Part shown: positions 19,206 to 29,197 of the stretch, piece by piece
Position numbering within the stretch: the stretch's first letter is position 1
How the letters are laid out: each line of letters opens with the position of its first letter
Virus record (IMG/VR): IMGVR_UViG_3300021431_000003
Span: 128,001-192,000 of that record
From: a virus
Taxonomy: Duplodnaviria > Caudoviricetes
DNA: 64,000 nucleotides
Direction: 5' to 3' (one strand)
The notes under the pieces: model-generated
What the model saw: the letters and a program-made list of their open reading frames with translations, nothing else
What the model was told of the DNA's origin: nothing
Databases searched by the model: none
Program-made: the position numbers and the translations under genes

Positions 19206-19372
19206 TTTGGTTATAAAGAAGGCTGGCTATTTGTCAGCCTTCTTTTTTTACATTGTATATTATTATTGTGATAGTGGAGTCATAACCCTATCCTGTGGAG
19301 GACCGCTAGCTCATAGAAGAGCTATATTAAAATTTATTATGGTCCAAGAGCAGTATACCTGGAGGTATAGAT

Positions 19373-20653
19373 ATGGCAAACGTAATCATTAACAACAACA
19401 AAATCGAGACAATGGCATTTCCTAATCCTGTGCTTCTCAGAAATGTAGAGGTAATTCCTACTTTTGAAACAGAGATTGATACTGGTACGGTGCATACTGC
19501 ACTCGTGAGGGTGGAGGCTAAAGATTTAGTTTTCTTCCCTATGAAAGCCAATCCGCGCAGCTATAATGAAGGAGGCTCGACTACCAAGAAAATTAAAAGA
19601 ACTTTGGTAGAAGAACCTCAATTGTTTGAGGTCTTGAACAGAGGTATCACTGTTGTATGTGATTCTCTCAAGTTTAATGACGGGGAAGCTCTTTTTACAT
19701 TCAGTTCGTGGTCTCAAGGTGTGGTCGATGGCGGTCATACTATGACAACTGCTATTAAAACAGTAATAGCAGATGAAGATAACCTGACAAATCATGCTAA
19801 GGTTACAATCAAGGTTATGTATGGACCTGGAGTGGTGGCATTAGCAAGCCGAATCAGCGAGACATATAACACAGTTGAAAAAGTCTCGCAGATGTCAATG
19901 AATAACTTGCGAGGGTATTTTGACCCTGTTAAGGAAAATTTAAAACCCACAAGTTATTTTAATGACATAAAGTGGGAACAAAATGAAAAAGGCTGTCGCA
20001 TTTCCTGTAATAGGATAATCGGCTTACTCAATTCATTTGACCCTTCTCGTTGGGGGCAGCACAATGGAATTATATCTCAACCTACTGATAGCTATAATTC
20101 CGCATCTCATACACAGCTTGACGTACAAAAGATGTATGAGACTAAAGGATTCACGCCAGAGAATCCGTATTATGCTTTATCCAAAGTAACATCTCAAATT
20201 ATAGAGTTGTTCGAGTGGACAGAGCATAATTTGCCAATGCTCTATGAAAAGAGCACTGGAAAAAAATATGTGAAGCTCGAAGTTACTTTACCGACTGGTA
20301 GAAAGGCAAATTTGTCCTCTTTTGTTGAGGGAGCGAAAACTGTAAAGGATGATGATGAACACATCGTGTATAAAACATATTTTCACGGTGATAATATTCC
20401 ATCATATATACCTACATCTCTTGTTTATGCAATCATTGCGCCAATGCGGAGATTGCTCGAAAGAGATAAAAATGGGTTTTACTATTTTATAGTAGACCCT
20501 ATAAAAATATTCGAAATCGTTGGTCCTGCTGTAGTAACACGGGCAATTAATTTCTATCCAAAAACATGGGACCCGTATAATATGCTGAAGGACCCTAACT
20601 TTTGGGCAGCACTTGAGAGTGTTACTGTTGAAGAAATGAACAAGCTTAAATAA
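19373..20653 (+). CDS. AIPR-family (ParB/Srx-like) protein 2
   Basis: ANPR, F..LNRGITV, GVVDGGHT, ISETYNT..KV motifs; colinear with 16635..17867 (shared NPYYA). Confidence 0.8.
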   Translation: MANVIINNNKIETMAFPNPVLLRNVEVIPTFETEIDTGTVHTALVRVEAKDLVFFPMKANPRSYNEGGSTTKKIKRTLVEEPQLFEVLNRGITVVCDSLKFNDGEALFTFSSWSQGVVDGGHTMTTAIKTVIADEDNLTNHAKVTIKVMYGPGVVALASRISETYNTVEKVSQMSMNNLRGYFDPVKENLKPTSYFNDIKWEQNEKGCRISCNRIIGLLNSFDPSRWGQHNGIISQPTDSYNSASHTQLDVQKMYETKGFTPENPYYALSKVTSQIIELFEWTEHNLPMLYEKSTGKKYVKLEVTLPTGRKANLSSFVEGAKTVKDDDEHIVYKTYFHGDNIPSYIPTSLVYAIIAPMRRLLERDKNGFYYFIVDPIKIFEIVGPAVVTRAINFYPKTWDPYNMLKDPNFWAALESVTVEEMNKLK

Positions 20654-20773
20654 GTCGTATCACGTTAAAATTACTTTGCTTTTGAAGGGTTGCTCCACTC
20701 CAGCCCTTCTTTTTTGTCCTCAACACATAATTTAACAATTTAGTAATATTTATATATAAAGGAGTGTGTCACT

Positions 20774-21574
20774 ATGTTTGACTTATATAGAAACGACCAA
20801 ATTTATAATATGGTCGCAGAAGGTGAGGTAGCTACGCTATTATCTCAATTCTCTAATTCGTACGTTATGGATGTTATTAACAACTCTATTAGAAATAGAT
20901 TTGCTTATAACCCAGCTGTATCTAATCCAAATATTGTTAACTCTTATGAGATCAACTTCAAGGATATGCTAGGTAGATTTCCGTCTGATGCTGATAATAT
21001 TATGTCTATTAGATATGAAACCTATCTAACTATCATCAATAAGATTTGTTCTTCTTTCAATGTACAATACGTTGGAAATGAACCAGACTGTTATATTCTA
21101 GCATATAATCTATACGACCTATTTGTTTCTGGCTATGCTAGAAACATCATTAATTTTTTCGCTCGTTATATCTATGCTAACAGAGAACAACTATATACTG
21201 CCATGAATCTAGATCGATATAAAAAGATTAAAGACAGTACTTCTAATTATATCCGAAAAGCATATAATGACCAAACTGTATCTATTATAATTGCTAGAAT
21301 CAAAGAAGTAATTTACTATATTTCTGGTTTCGATATTGATTTCTATACTTTCTTGACATTCAATTACAATAGAGATACGTGTGATTTCTTATATCAAAAC
21401 ATTCAACCTTTTGGAAATATCTTTAAGGATGAATTCTGTCAAGTTATTAATAATCCAGAAATTCTAACAGAGATTAGAATTGCAATTCAAAAAATGATGG
21501 AAGCTGACATGTTAGCTTCTCAACAACAGCAAGACAATAATCTAGGAGAGGAAGAAGAAGGAGCTGAGTATTAA
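20774..21574 (+). CDS. Hypothetical late protein
   Basis: AAGGAG RBS; late promoter at 20733. Confidence 0.8.
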   Translation: MFDLYRNDQIYNMVAEGEVATLLSQFSNSYVMDVINNSIRNRFAYNPAVSNPNIVNSYEINFKDMLGRFPSDADNIMSIRYETYLTIINKICSSFNVQYVGNEPDCYILAYNLYDLFVSGYARNIINFFARYIYANREQLYTAMNLDRYKKIKDSTSNYIRKAYNDQTVSIIIARIKEVIYYISGFDIDFYTFLTFNYNRDTCDFLYQNIQPFGNIFKDEFCQVINNPEILTEIRIAIQKMMEADMLASQQQQDNNLGEEEEGAEY

Positions 21575-23385
21575 TGCCAGTTATTAACAATGCATACCCT
21601 GTAGATGAAAGTAATTATGTTTATTCACCATCTGATATGGATATTACTCATAAAGATATGAGTAGACAAGACATCAATAATTTGATTGATTCTCTATGTA
21701 AAACCCGTATGGAGAATCCAGATGTGGTATTGATGGACAATATTAAAAATGAAGCTAAATTCTATGACCCTATTGCTCAAGAAAAGAGAGAACTTGAACA
21801 GGATAATATCGCTGTTGAAGAAGAGATTCTCAAAGGTATTTTTGAATCTGATACCCCAATGAGTGTTGAAGAACAAAATGAACTTATTGCTAAGGGTATG
21901 TATCAAAAGTATCAAGAAATGAAAGCAAGAAAATTGGGTAAGTCTGTACAACAAATGGCCAAGGAGGACAATGAAGCTATGAATGATATCGAAGCAGAGC
22001 TCAGAGCAAGTATGAATACACCTATGGCAGGTGATATTGAACAGGTGACAGAAGTTATTTCTGAAACACCTATGGAGGAAATTACAGAGAGTTCATTTCC
22101 AATTGAATTTACAGAGGAAAAAGAGTCTACTGGAACAGGTGAAATTGCTAATCCAGTTGAAGGTACTACTCTGGTTAAAGAGAGTGCTGGAATGGATGCA
22201 GAGTCTGTAATTGATGCTTTTGAAACAGAGAGAAATAAAACTGAAGAGAAGCATCTTTCTAAAGAGAGTATTGCTAAGATTGTAGGCGGTCTTCCTACTG
22301 CAGCAGCTGTAATGGCTAATTCACAAGAAGAAACTCTTGAAGATGTAATGACAGAGTTTAATGATACTGTAGATAGTATTAAGAATCTGCCAGAAGCTAT
22401 TGCTACTAATAACAATGATGTAGAAGAAGACAAGCCTATGTCAATTGAAGAATTTAATGATGTTCCTGCAACTGAAATTAATCTCCCTGATGATGTAGTT
22501 ACTTCCGCACTTATGGAGCAGTATGATAATGTAAATTATGAAGAAGCATTACAGCTTGTAGATGTAATGAATCGTTATAAGGCACATGAGAAGTTTAATG
22601 TATTTGAAGCTTTACCAATGTCTATTAAAACAGTAATTCTTCAAGAAGCTGCATCTGTTGGAGCAGACCGTTCTACAGTTAACTTCTTTGCAAAGACATT
22701 CATTAATGACCTTGTAAATAATACTTATCTCGATAGAGAGATTAAGGATTTCAATGCTGAACTTCAGGAAGCTATGGCTCCTATGGGTAACATTGTAGGT
22801 ACTATGATGGATGAATATAATGATGAAGTATATAATAAGTTTACTACTAAGCTTTTTGAAAAGGCTGATGAAATTAGAAACTCTGACCCAGAAAAGGCAC
22901 TTCAACTTAATACTATCGCTACTAACTTTGAAGCTGCTGTAACACTTAGTAGAATCCGTTCTAATCTTTCTGTTAATAACTCCATCTCTAATAAGCATTA
23001 TAAATATGCTAGAGATAACTGGAAAAAGCTTGTAGAAGAGTATAATAATATTATCGCTAATGTATCTCCTAAGCCTAGAGATTTGGATATCTGTCTTAAG
23101 GGTCTTATCGTAGCTGGTTATCCAGAAGATTATGCTAAGACTATTATTTCTCTTGTAGTATCTGAGGTAAAAGATGCTGTAAAGAACGGTAGCCTTGAAG
23201 AGCATATCTACGCATATTATCTTACTAATTCTCTACTCAATCTTAACTATACTGCTAATAATAGTAAGGTAATTGAGAAGATTAAGTATGGTGTTGATGA
23301 TGCTATTAATATTATTGATAAGTATATGACACCTCTTAAGATGAGAAATACTAAGAAGAACAGAAAGAGAAATAAGAGAAAGTAA
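21574..23385 (+). CDS. Hypothetical acidic protein with basic C-terminal tail
   Basis: 603-aa ORF, TAATG-coupled to the upstream gene. Confidence 0.8.
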   Translation: MPVINNAYPVDESNYVYSPSDMDITHKDMSRQDINNLIDSLCKTRMENPDVVLMDNIKNEAKFYDPIAQEKRELEQDNIAVEEEILKGIFESDTPMSVEEQNELIAKGMYQKYQEMKARKLGKSVQQMAKEDNEAMNDIEAELRASMNTPMAGDIEQVTEVISETPMEEITESSFPIEFTEEKESTGTGEIANPVEGTTLVKESAGMDAESVIDAFETERNKTEEKHLSKESIAKIVGGLPTAAAVMANSQEETLEDVMTEFNDTVDSIKNLPEAIATNNNDVEEDKPMSIEEFNDVPATEINLPDDVVTSALMEQYDNVNYEEALQLVDVMNRYKAHEKFNVFEALPMSIKTVILQEAASVGADRSTVNFFAKTFINDLVNNTYLDREIKDFNAELQEAMAPMGNIVGTMMDEYNDEVYNKFTTKLFEKADEIRNSDPEKALQLNTIATNFEAAVTLSRIRSNLSVNNSISNKHYKYARDNWKKLVEEYNNIIANVSPKPRDLDICLKGLIVAGYPEDYAKTIISLVVSEVKDAVKNGSLEEHIYAYYLTNSLLNLNYTANNSKVIEKIKYGVDDAINIIDKYMTPLKMRNTKKNRKRNKRK

Positions 23386-23448
23386 TATATGAGGGGTGAG
23401 TAAAATCACCCCTCAACATTTTATTAAAATACCAAAGGAGGTAATATT

Positions 23449-23835
23449 ATGGTTTCTTTTTTAACTTGTAATGCAAAAGCTGTATTAAGACTTATCCTTG
23501 AAGTATCATATCAAAAAAAGGATAAGATTGCTAAATGTGTATACGAGATTTCTTCTGATAAGGTATATAAGATTACCGTAGCTGATAATATGACTGGTCT
23601 ATATACTTATAATGCTCGTGTTACTGGGTATACTATGTGTAATACAAAAGAGGTGTTATCTTTTGTAAACCAGAATACTAAACCTACTGTAGTAGATACA
23701 CTTAAGATTGACTACTCAGAGGATAATATCTCTAAGACTGCTTCTATTAATGTGGCAGATATTCGTTACATTGAGGAGTTGTCTACATCTGGTTTTGATG
23801 AGATTCTGAATCGTGAAATCCCGACTTTTAGATAA
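23449..23835 (+). CDS. Hypothetical late protein
   Basis: AAGGAGG RBS; late promoter at 23415. Confidence 0.75.
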   Translation: MVSFLTCNAKAVLRLILEVSYQKKDKIAKCVYEISSDKVYKITVADNMTGLYTYNARVTGYTMCNTKEVLSFVNQNTKPTVVDTLKIDYSEDNISKTASINVADIRYIEELSTSGFDEILNREIPTFR

Positions 23836-23884
23836 TACACATTCAGAAACAAAATAATAATATTTTTATAAGGAGGAATCTATC

Positions 23885-24139
23885 ATGTTTGATAAGATGA
23901 GAAAAGCAGTATACGACTATGTCGTATCACACCTTGATAAGACCGATGAGGTTTCTATCACACTTGACGATGTTTATATCGTATGGACTTGCAAGGCACT
24001 TCAGAACTGGAAGGCTTGTATTAGTACTACTCTTCCCGATGGTATGTACTACGAGTGTACATATAACGGAGATACTAATGAGCTCTATCTGGATGCTTAT
24101 AAGAAGTTCGAAAACAGAGTCATTAAAGATTTTAATTAA
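23885..24139 (+). CDS. DUF6275-family protein
   Basis: DVYIVW.CK.LQNWKA.IST...DGMYYE.TYNGD..ELYLDAYKK.EN signature. Confidence 0.8.
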   Translation: MFDKMRKAVYDYVVSHLDKTDEVSITLDDVYIVWTCKALQNWKACISTTLPDGMYYECTYNGDTNELYLDAYKKFENRVIKDFN

Positions 24140-24831
24140 TGGAGGTAACTAAAATGGTTGATATGTATGAAGAGCCTACTACTCCTGATAATTGCAATTA
24201 CGAAGTGATTGAAAACTATCTTTCTTTTACTCAAGCTCTTGATAAGCTGATTAAAAAAGAGGATGACACTACTGACAATAACGAATATGGCATTAGAATC
24301 TGTACATGGAATAAAGCTATTGTAATCAGAATTCAGAAACCTGATGAAAACTCTAAAATGACAGGAAGATATCTTTATAAGAACGTACATTATAAGAACT
24401 ATAAAGAAAATAATATTCCTTGGGTTCCTAATAACGAATACATCTTCAATAATTTCTGGGAATTAGTTAAGTTCGTTAAGAATGAAGATGTAATTCCTGA
24501 TAATGAAACTATCAATAAGATGACTGCTTCTATGTATGATAATAAGAAATGTGAAGCTTGGTTTAAGAATCCAGATATTCAGAAAGAATTCGACAACTGC
24601 AGACGCAAGTGTGAAGAACTCAAGAAAGACTATACTAAATATCGTAATCTTGTAACCAAGGATAAGACTGAAGATAACGATAAATGCGCTCCTCATTGTG
24701 CTAAGAAGTGTCTCAATGAGTGTCATAAGGCTGAAACAAAACCTAATAACAATCAGACAATCATTGTAAAAGGCGATGTAAGAAAACTCGTTGATACATT
24801 TGATGAGATTATTGATGCTCTGTTAAGTTAA
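24139..24831 (+). CDS. DUF2829 / Thoeris anti-defence 2 (Tad2)-like domain with Cys-rich C-terminal extension
   Basis: SFTQAL..L, IR...WN...VIRIQ.PDENSKMT..YLY, PWVP....F...WELV follow the DUF2829/Tad2 pattern. Confidence 0.6.
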   Translation: MEVTKMVDMYEEPTTPDNCNYEVIENYLSFTQALDKLIKKEDDTTDNNEYGIRICTWNKAIVIRIQKPDENSKMTGRYLYKNVHYKNYKENNIPWVPNNEYIFNNFWELVKFVKNEDVIPDNETINKMTASMYDNKKCEAWFKNPDIQKEFDNCRRKCEELKKDYTKYRNLVTKDKTEDNDKCAPHCAKKCLNECHKAETKPNNNQTIIVKGDVRKLVDTFDEIIDALLS

Positions 24832-24835
24832 TATA

Positions 24836-24865
24836 AATCCCCACACCTTGATTGGTGTGGGGATT
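24836..24865. terminator. Bidirectional terminator between convergent genes
   Basis: AATCCCCACACC / GGTGTGGGGATT. Confidence 0.75.
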
Positions 24866-24868
24866 ATT

Positions 24869-27226
24869 TTATCTCCAAGAGTATTCATTATTGTTTTGAT
24901 AATCATTACTATCCATAGATTCAGAATAGAAGTTATCAATAGCTCCTAACATACTATATCCATTATCGTCACCTTCTAATTGTTCAAGAGGAATATTAAA
25001 TTGTCTAGAGTATGCTTCTTTACCAACTTTAGTTGCTAGTATTTGAGCCATTGCCATATCATTTTCCATCTTTTGCTGTGCTAAGAACTGACTATATAGT
25101 TTTGTCTTATCAAGCTGTTTTAATTGCTCGTTAACCATATCATCATGTTCAAGATTTTCTATATCTCTAACAATAGATATTTCTTCTGTAGCATTAAAGT
25201 CTTGGAAAATTTCTTGTGCTTCGTCATCTGCTGTTCTAAGTGTAGGAATAGAGATGTGCCAATTCTCTCTAACATTCTTTCCATAATAAATAGGATAGAT
25301 AGAATATAAGTAAGAGAATGTACTATCGTCATGACTATTAGCAGAGTGGTCAATACGACCTGTCTTCTTAATCTCAAGATTCTTTAATTCTTCATATAAA
25401 ATTGGAGAAATGAATTTATCATAATGGTCTTTTACTCTGTCTGTAAGTAAGTCCATTAACTGTTCTCTTACAGTACCAGTATTATCTACACCATATACTT
25501 TAGTAAGTTGCTTTCTCTTATGAGACCTTAATCCATCAGGGCGTTCTTCTATAGTACGCTCTTTAATCTCATAATATAGATTATTTCTAATCTTAGATTT
25601 CATTAGTTTAGCTAGTGTACCTGTACCTACACCATTACGTTCTATAGTAACAAGTGAGTTAGGTAAGTAGTTTAATACAAGATTATATATTACTGTAGCC
25701 AAGTCAACTGGGTTAATATAGTTACAGTTAAAATCCGCAACAAGTTTAGTGGTCTTAGAATCTGTAACAGAAATTGCAGAAGAGTCCTTAGAATAACCTG
25801 CTGCAACGTCGACGCCAATCAATGTCTTATCTCTTGGGGATATCTCGGAATAGATATTGAATAGGAAGTTGGAGATATAAACTTGCTTAATTGGGTTACG
25901 TACATATCTCTGTACATTTCTAAGTTCCTCTTGTGTAAACGGACAATTCTCAGAAGATGTAGCCCATTCAAGTAAGAATTCACGTCTGATGTCAGTCCAT
26001 TTCTGGTTCTGTTCTTTGATTCTTTCCTTAAGCCATTCTTCAGAATATCCAAGTTGCTGATAAGTAGTTCTAATATATACAAAGATAGACTTCTCGTTTG
26101 CATTTAATGTCTCTGTAAGTTTCTGTAGAGAGAAATCATACCAAAGTTCGGAGAATGGAGTCATCTTATTCTTAAGGTCATACATATATTGACCTTCTTC
26201 TGTGGTTAAGAAACCAGGTGTAGATGTAAGACAGAGACCGTGAGGTGCTCCATTCATTCTACAGTTTCTAAACGCAGTAGTAAGTGCAGGCATACCGTTC
26301 TGTAAGGATTCTTCTAAGTACTGGAAGAATGCAGACTCATCTATCCAACAGTTAGTGATAGTTTGACCACGAAGTAAAGATATAGCTGCTGTTCTATTAC
26401 GTGCCATTGGAAGAGCCTTGATATTATTAAAGTTAATCTTATGCTGGATATATTGTACTGTATTAGATGCTTTAAGCTTCTTACCATCTACACCGAATGC
26501 TTGGTCAAATCGTAAATAAGATGGTAATGCTTTAATAATATCTTTAAGAGAAGATAGGTTACGCTTAGCATCATCATGTTTCTTATTAAGGAATATCATA
26601 TTAGCATTTCGAGAACCAAAGTTATATACCCAAGAATACCATACTTCAGTAGCAACAGTTTTACCTGTCTGACGGGGTTGTTCTTGATAAATATTAAGAT
26701 TCAACGTAAAACAAAAGTTTAGTGCTAAGTTACCTCTATCAAGTCTATATCTTACATAAGGTCCACCCTGACTCTGTACTCTAACGACTTCTCTTATATA
26801 ATACCAAAAGTTTCTTTGGCATTCTAGAAATACTTTTTGTTTTGTATAAGGGTCTAAGTAAGGGTCATGTGGGTCTATATATGCTAAATCCTTATCGTAT
26901 AATAATAGATGGAATTTATTATTTTTTATACCTTTGGCTTTTAGGTAATAGTGCATATCTAAGAAAGACTGGTTTTTTGTATTCATTTGATAAAAGATAG
27001 ATACATATCCTGAACCATCATATCTTCTATCTTCTTCTATACCATTACTATTTTTATTAGACATGAAACTTAATAATGGAACATATCTACGTTGGCTAGA
27101 ATTATTTGGTATAGGATTCATAGTAGACAAATTATCTGGTTGATTATACTGTACATCAGTATTATCTTCTTTTTCTTCTATGATAGTAATACCAGTATTT
27201 ACAACTTTCATGATATATGATAACAC
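24869..27226 (-). CDS. terL: Terminase large subunit
   Basis: Walker A PRQTGKT, Walker B CWIDE, motif III TST, RNase H-like IGVDVAAG..D, IERN, HDD. Confidence 0.92.
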   Translation of the reverse strand: MLSYIMKVVNTGITIIEEKEDNTDVQYNQPDNLSTMNPIPNNSSQRRYVPLLSFMSNKNSNGIEEDRRYDGSGYVSIFYQMNTKNQSFLDMHYYLKAKGIKNNKFHLLLYDKDLAYIDPHDPYLDPYTKQKVFLECQRNFWYYIREVVRVQSQGGPYVRYRLDRGNLALNFCFTLNLNIYQEQPRQTGKTVATEVWYSWVYNFGSRNANMIFLNKKHDDAKRNLSSLKDIIKALPSYLRFDQAFGVDGKKLKASNTVQYIQHKINFNNIKALPMARNRTAAISLLRGQTITNCWIDESAFFQYLEESLQNGMPALTTAFRNCRMNGAPHGLCLTSTPGFLTTEEGQYMYDLKNKMTPFSELWYDFSLQKLTETLNANEKSIFVYIRTTYQQLGYSEEWLKERIKEQNQKWTDIRREFLLEWATSSENCPFTQEELRNVQRYVRNPIKQVYISNFLFNIYSEISPRDKTLIGVDVAAGYSKDSSAISVTDSKTTKLVADFNCNYINPVDLATVIYNLVLNYLPNSLVTIERNGVGTGTLAKLMKSKIRNNLYYEIKERTIEERPDGLRSHKRKQLTKVYGVDNTGTVREQLMDLLTDRVKDHYDKFISPILYEELKNLEIKKTGRIDHSANSHDDSTFSYLYSIYPIYYGKNVRENWHISIPTLRTADDEAQEIFQDFNATEEISIVRDIENLEHDDMVNEQLKQLDKTKLYSQFLAQQKMENDMAMAQILATKVGKEAYSRQFNIPLEQLEGDDNGYSMLGAIDNFYSESMDSNDYQNNNEYSWR

Positions 27227-27345
27227 TCCTTTCTTAAGATTTTTATTAATAAGTTGACCTAATCAGGTACGATTAGAGTTATAAATTACCATACAATAAA
27301 CAAATAAGTAAAATATTATGGCTAAAAGCCAGGAGGTAAAGTATT

Positions 27346-28155
27346 ATGAATAATAACAATTACAACAGTCAGAACAACGGTGGAAATGATATCTTCACTC
27401 CCACTACTCGCTCGGCTTACAGATTCTTTAACTCTGAATCTGAAATCGATAACACGTCTATGAGTTTCAACTTCTGGAACTCTCTGCTCAAGATTACAAT
27501 GAATCCTATCATTGTAAAGGAAGGTTCTGCTAACAGAGTAGATACAGATAATCATGTAGATATTTATCTGTCTCCTTCTAAGGCTAAGATGCTTCTGTAT
27601 TGCGTAAAGGAATTCAGAAAGAATCCTGATGCTTATACAAACATCGGTGTTAATACAAACAAGGGTATCATCTTTATTGCAAACGGTGATAAGATGTTTG
27701 GTCACGGTGGAGTTTGTGTAGTAATCAATCTCATTAACAATGAGACTGGTGAAAAGGAAGCAGAAGCTGCATATGAGTTTAACACTAAGGACCTGTATGC
27801 TATTACAAACTACATGGGTGGTTCTGACTTCGGTAAGGATTCTGGTTATGCAGATAGTCTTGAACTCGACATGTTTGAAAATCTGCTTGTACAGTTTATC
27901 AATGCATCTACAAATGCAGTAGCAGCATCTATCATGGAGACTGGTAAATTCAATGAAGCAAGACAGTTTAGCTTCATTAAGGATGTAAGAGAGAAGCTTG
28001 GAATTTCTAGAAGCGATGGAAACAAGAATTATAATCGTTCTAGCTGGTTCAATAATAACGGTAATGGTTCTTCTTCTGTATCTTCTGAAGGTTCAAAGAA
28101 TAACTCTTCTACCTATGAAGACGTTATGAATGACATCGCATCTATTATGGACTAA
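27346..28155 (+). CDS. Hypothetical protein, possibly single-stranded DNA-binding
   Basis: Beta-rich core, N/S/G-rich flexible tail with acidic end; function is a guess. Confidence 0.35.
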   Translation: MNNNNYNSQNNGGNDIFTPTTRSAYRFFNSESEIDNTSMSFNFWNSLLKITMNPIIVKEGSANRVDTDNHVDIYLSPSKAKMLLYCVKEFRKNPDAYTNIGVNTNKGIIFIANGDKMFGHGGVCVVINLINNETGEKEAEAAYEFNTKDLYAITNYMGGSDFGKDSGYADSLELDMFENLLVQFINASTNAVAASIMETGKFNEARQFSFIKDVREKLGISRSDGNKNYNRSSWFNNNGNGSSSVSSEGSKNNSSTYEDVMNDIASIMD

Positions 28156-28169
28156 AGGGTGACTAAAAT

Positions 28170-28292
28170 ATGGATAAGGATACAATAATAGCTATTATAG
28201 CAGCATTATTCATAGGAAATATAGTCCACGGTATTCTTGATATACCATTTATGAATGATCTAAAAGGTAATGAAGATGATCCAGATGAATAA
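28170..28292 (+). CDS. Small membrane protein (40 aa)
   Basis: Not in ORF track: MDKDTIIAIIAALFIGNIVHGILDIPFMNDLKGNEDDPDE with AAGGGTG upstream. Confidence 0.5.
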   Translation: MDKDTIIAIIAALFIGNIVHGILDIPFMNDLKGNEDDPDE

Positions 28293-28350
28293 TTCGTAAA
28301 ATTTAGAGAGGGAATGTAATCATTCCCTCTCTTTTAAGAGGTGCATACGT

Positions 28351-28563
28351 ATGATTTCAACAATAGTAACATTAATAGTGGTACTCTTTTGTTATATATG
28401 TATAATGAATAGCAACAAAAATAAAGAGTATAAAACCTATATAGGAAACTTACTCTTTAAAAGAATACATCCTTATTTATATCTTACCATATTAAGTATA
28501 TCTACATGGATTATCGTAATTAAACTTATCGGGAGGCTGGTTAATTATGTATACTATCGTTAA
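28351..28563 (+). CDS. Small two-TM membrane protein
   Basis: GAGGTG RBS; two hydrophobic stretches. Confidence 0.65.
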   Translation: MISTIVTLIVVLFCYICIMNSNKNKEYKTYIGNLLFKRIHPYLYLTILSISTWIIVIKLIGRLVNYVYYR

Positions 28564-28729
28564 AGAAGGAAAATATTTATATAAGACTCATAGAGGAGAT
28601 TACATTTTTTCTGATGTAACTAATGTCTTATTTGATACAGAAGAACAGGCTACTAATTGGTTACATTTTAATTCAGATAGATTTGATAGCGAAGGAGCTC
28701 AAGTAGAAATGACATTAAAGATGGTATGA
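28547..28729 (+). CDS. Hypothetical protein
   Basis: GGGAGG RBS, operonic overlap. Confidence 0.65.
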   Translation: MYTIVKEGKYLYKTHRGDYIFSDVTNVLFDTEEQATNWLHFNSDRFDSEGAQVEMTLKMV

Positions 28730-28730
28730 G

Positions 28731-29195
28731 GTGACTATAATGAATTGGAGAAAAAGAAAGAAATGTAGAAGGCTTGCAAAATCAAATGGCTTTATACATT
28801 ATTATAACTATAAAAAATATATGTGGCTTAGAAGTATACTAAGTAAAGAATTTGTTGCACAAGTATCAGAAGAATATGAGCATATTTCCAATATTCCTGA
28901 TATTCCAATACTAGTCAAACAACATATACCAATCTATGATAAAGAAATGATACCTCAAGAAAAAGCACAATGGACTCACGAAGATTCTGTTAGAGAAGCT
29001 AAAGCCTTATTAAAAAGCATTTCTACTCCATTCTTTGATGATATTATACAGAGTAAGACTAAAGAAAGAAATGATTATATTGATAGCCTAGCAGATGAAG
29101 AACTAATTCATTTAGCGACCTCAATAGCGAATTCTTTTGTATCTTCGTTAAATAATAGTCCAGATTGTCCTCTATTTGAAGAAAAGGAGGAATAA
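28731..29195 (+). CDS. Hypothetical protein
   Basis: Operonic ORF; probable start MNWRK at 28740. Confidence 0.65.
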   Translation: MTIMNWRKRKKCRRLAKSNGFIHYYNYKKYMWLRSILSKEFVAQVSEEYEHISNIPDIPILVKQHIPIYDKEMIPQEKAQWTHEDSVREAKALLKSISTPFFDDIIQSKTKERNDYIDSLADEELIHLATSIANSFVSSLNNSPDCPLFEEKEE

Positions 29196-29197
29196 TT

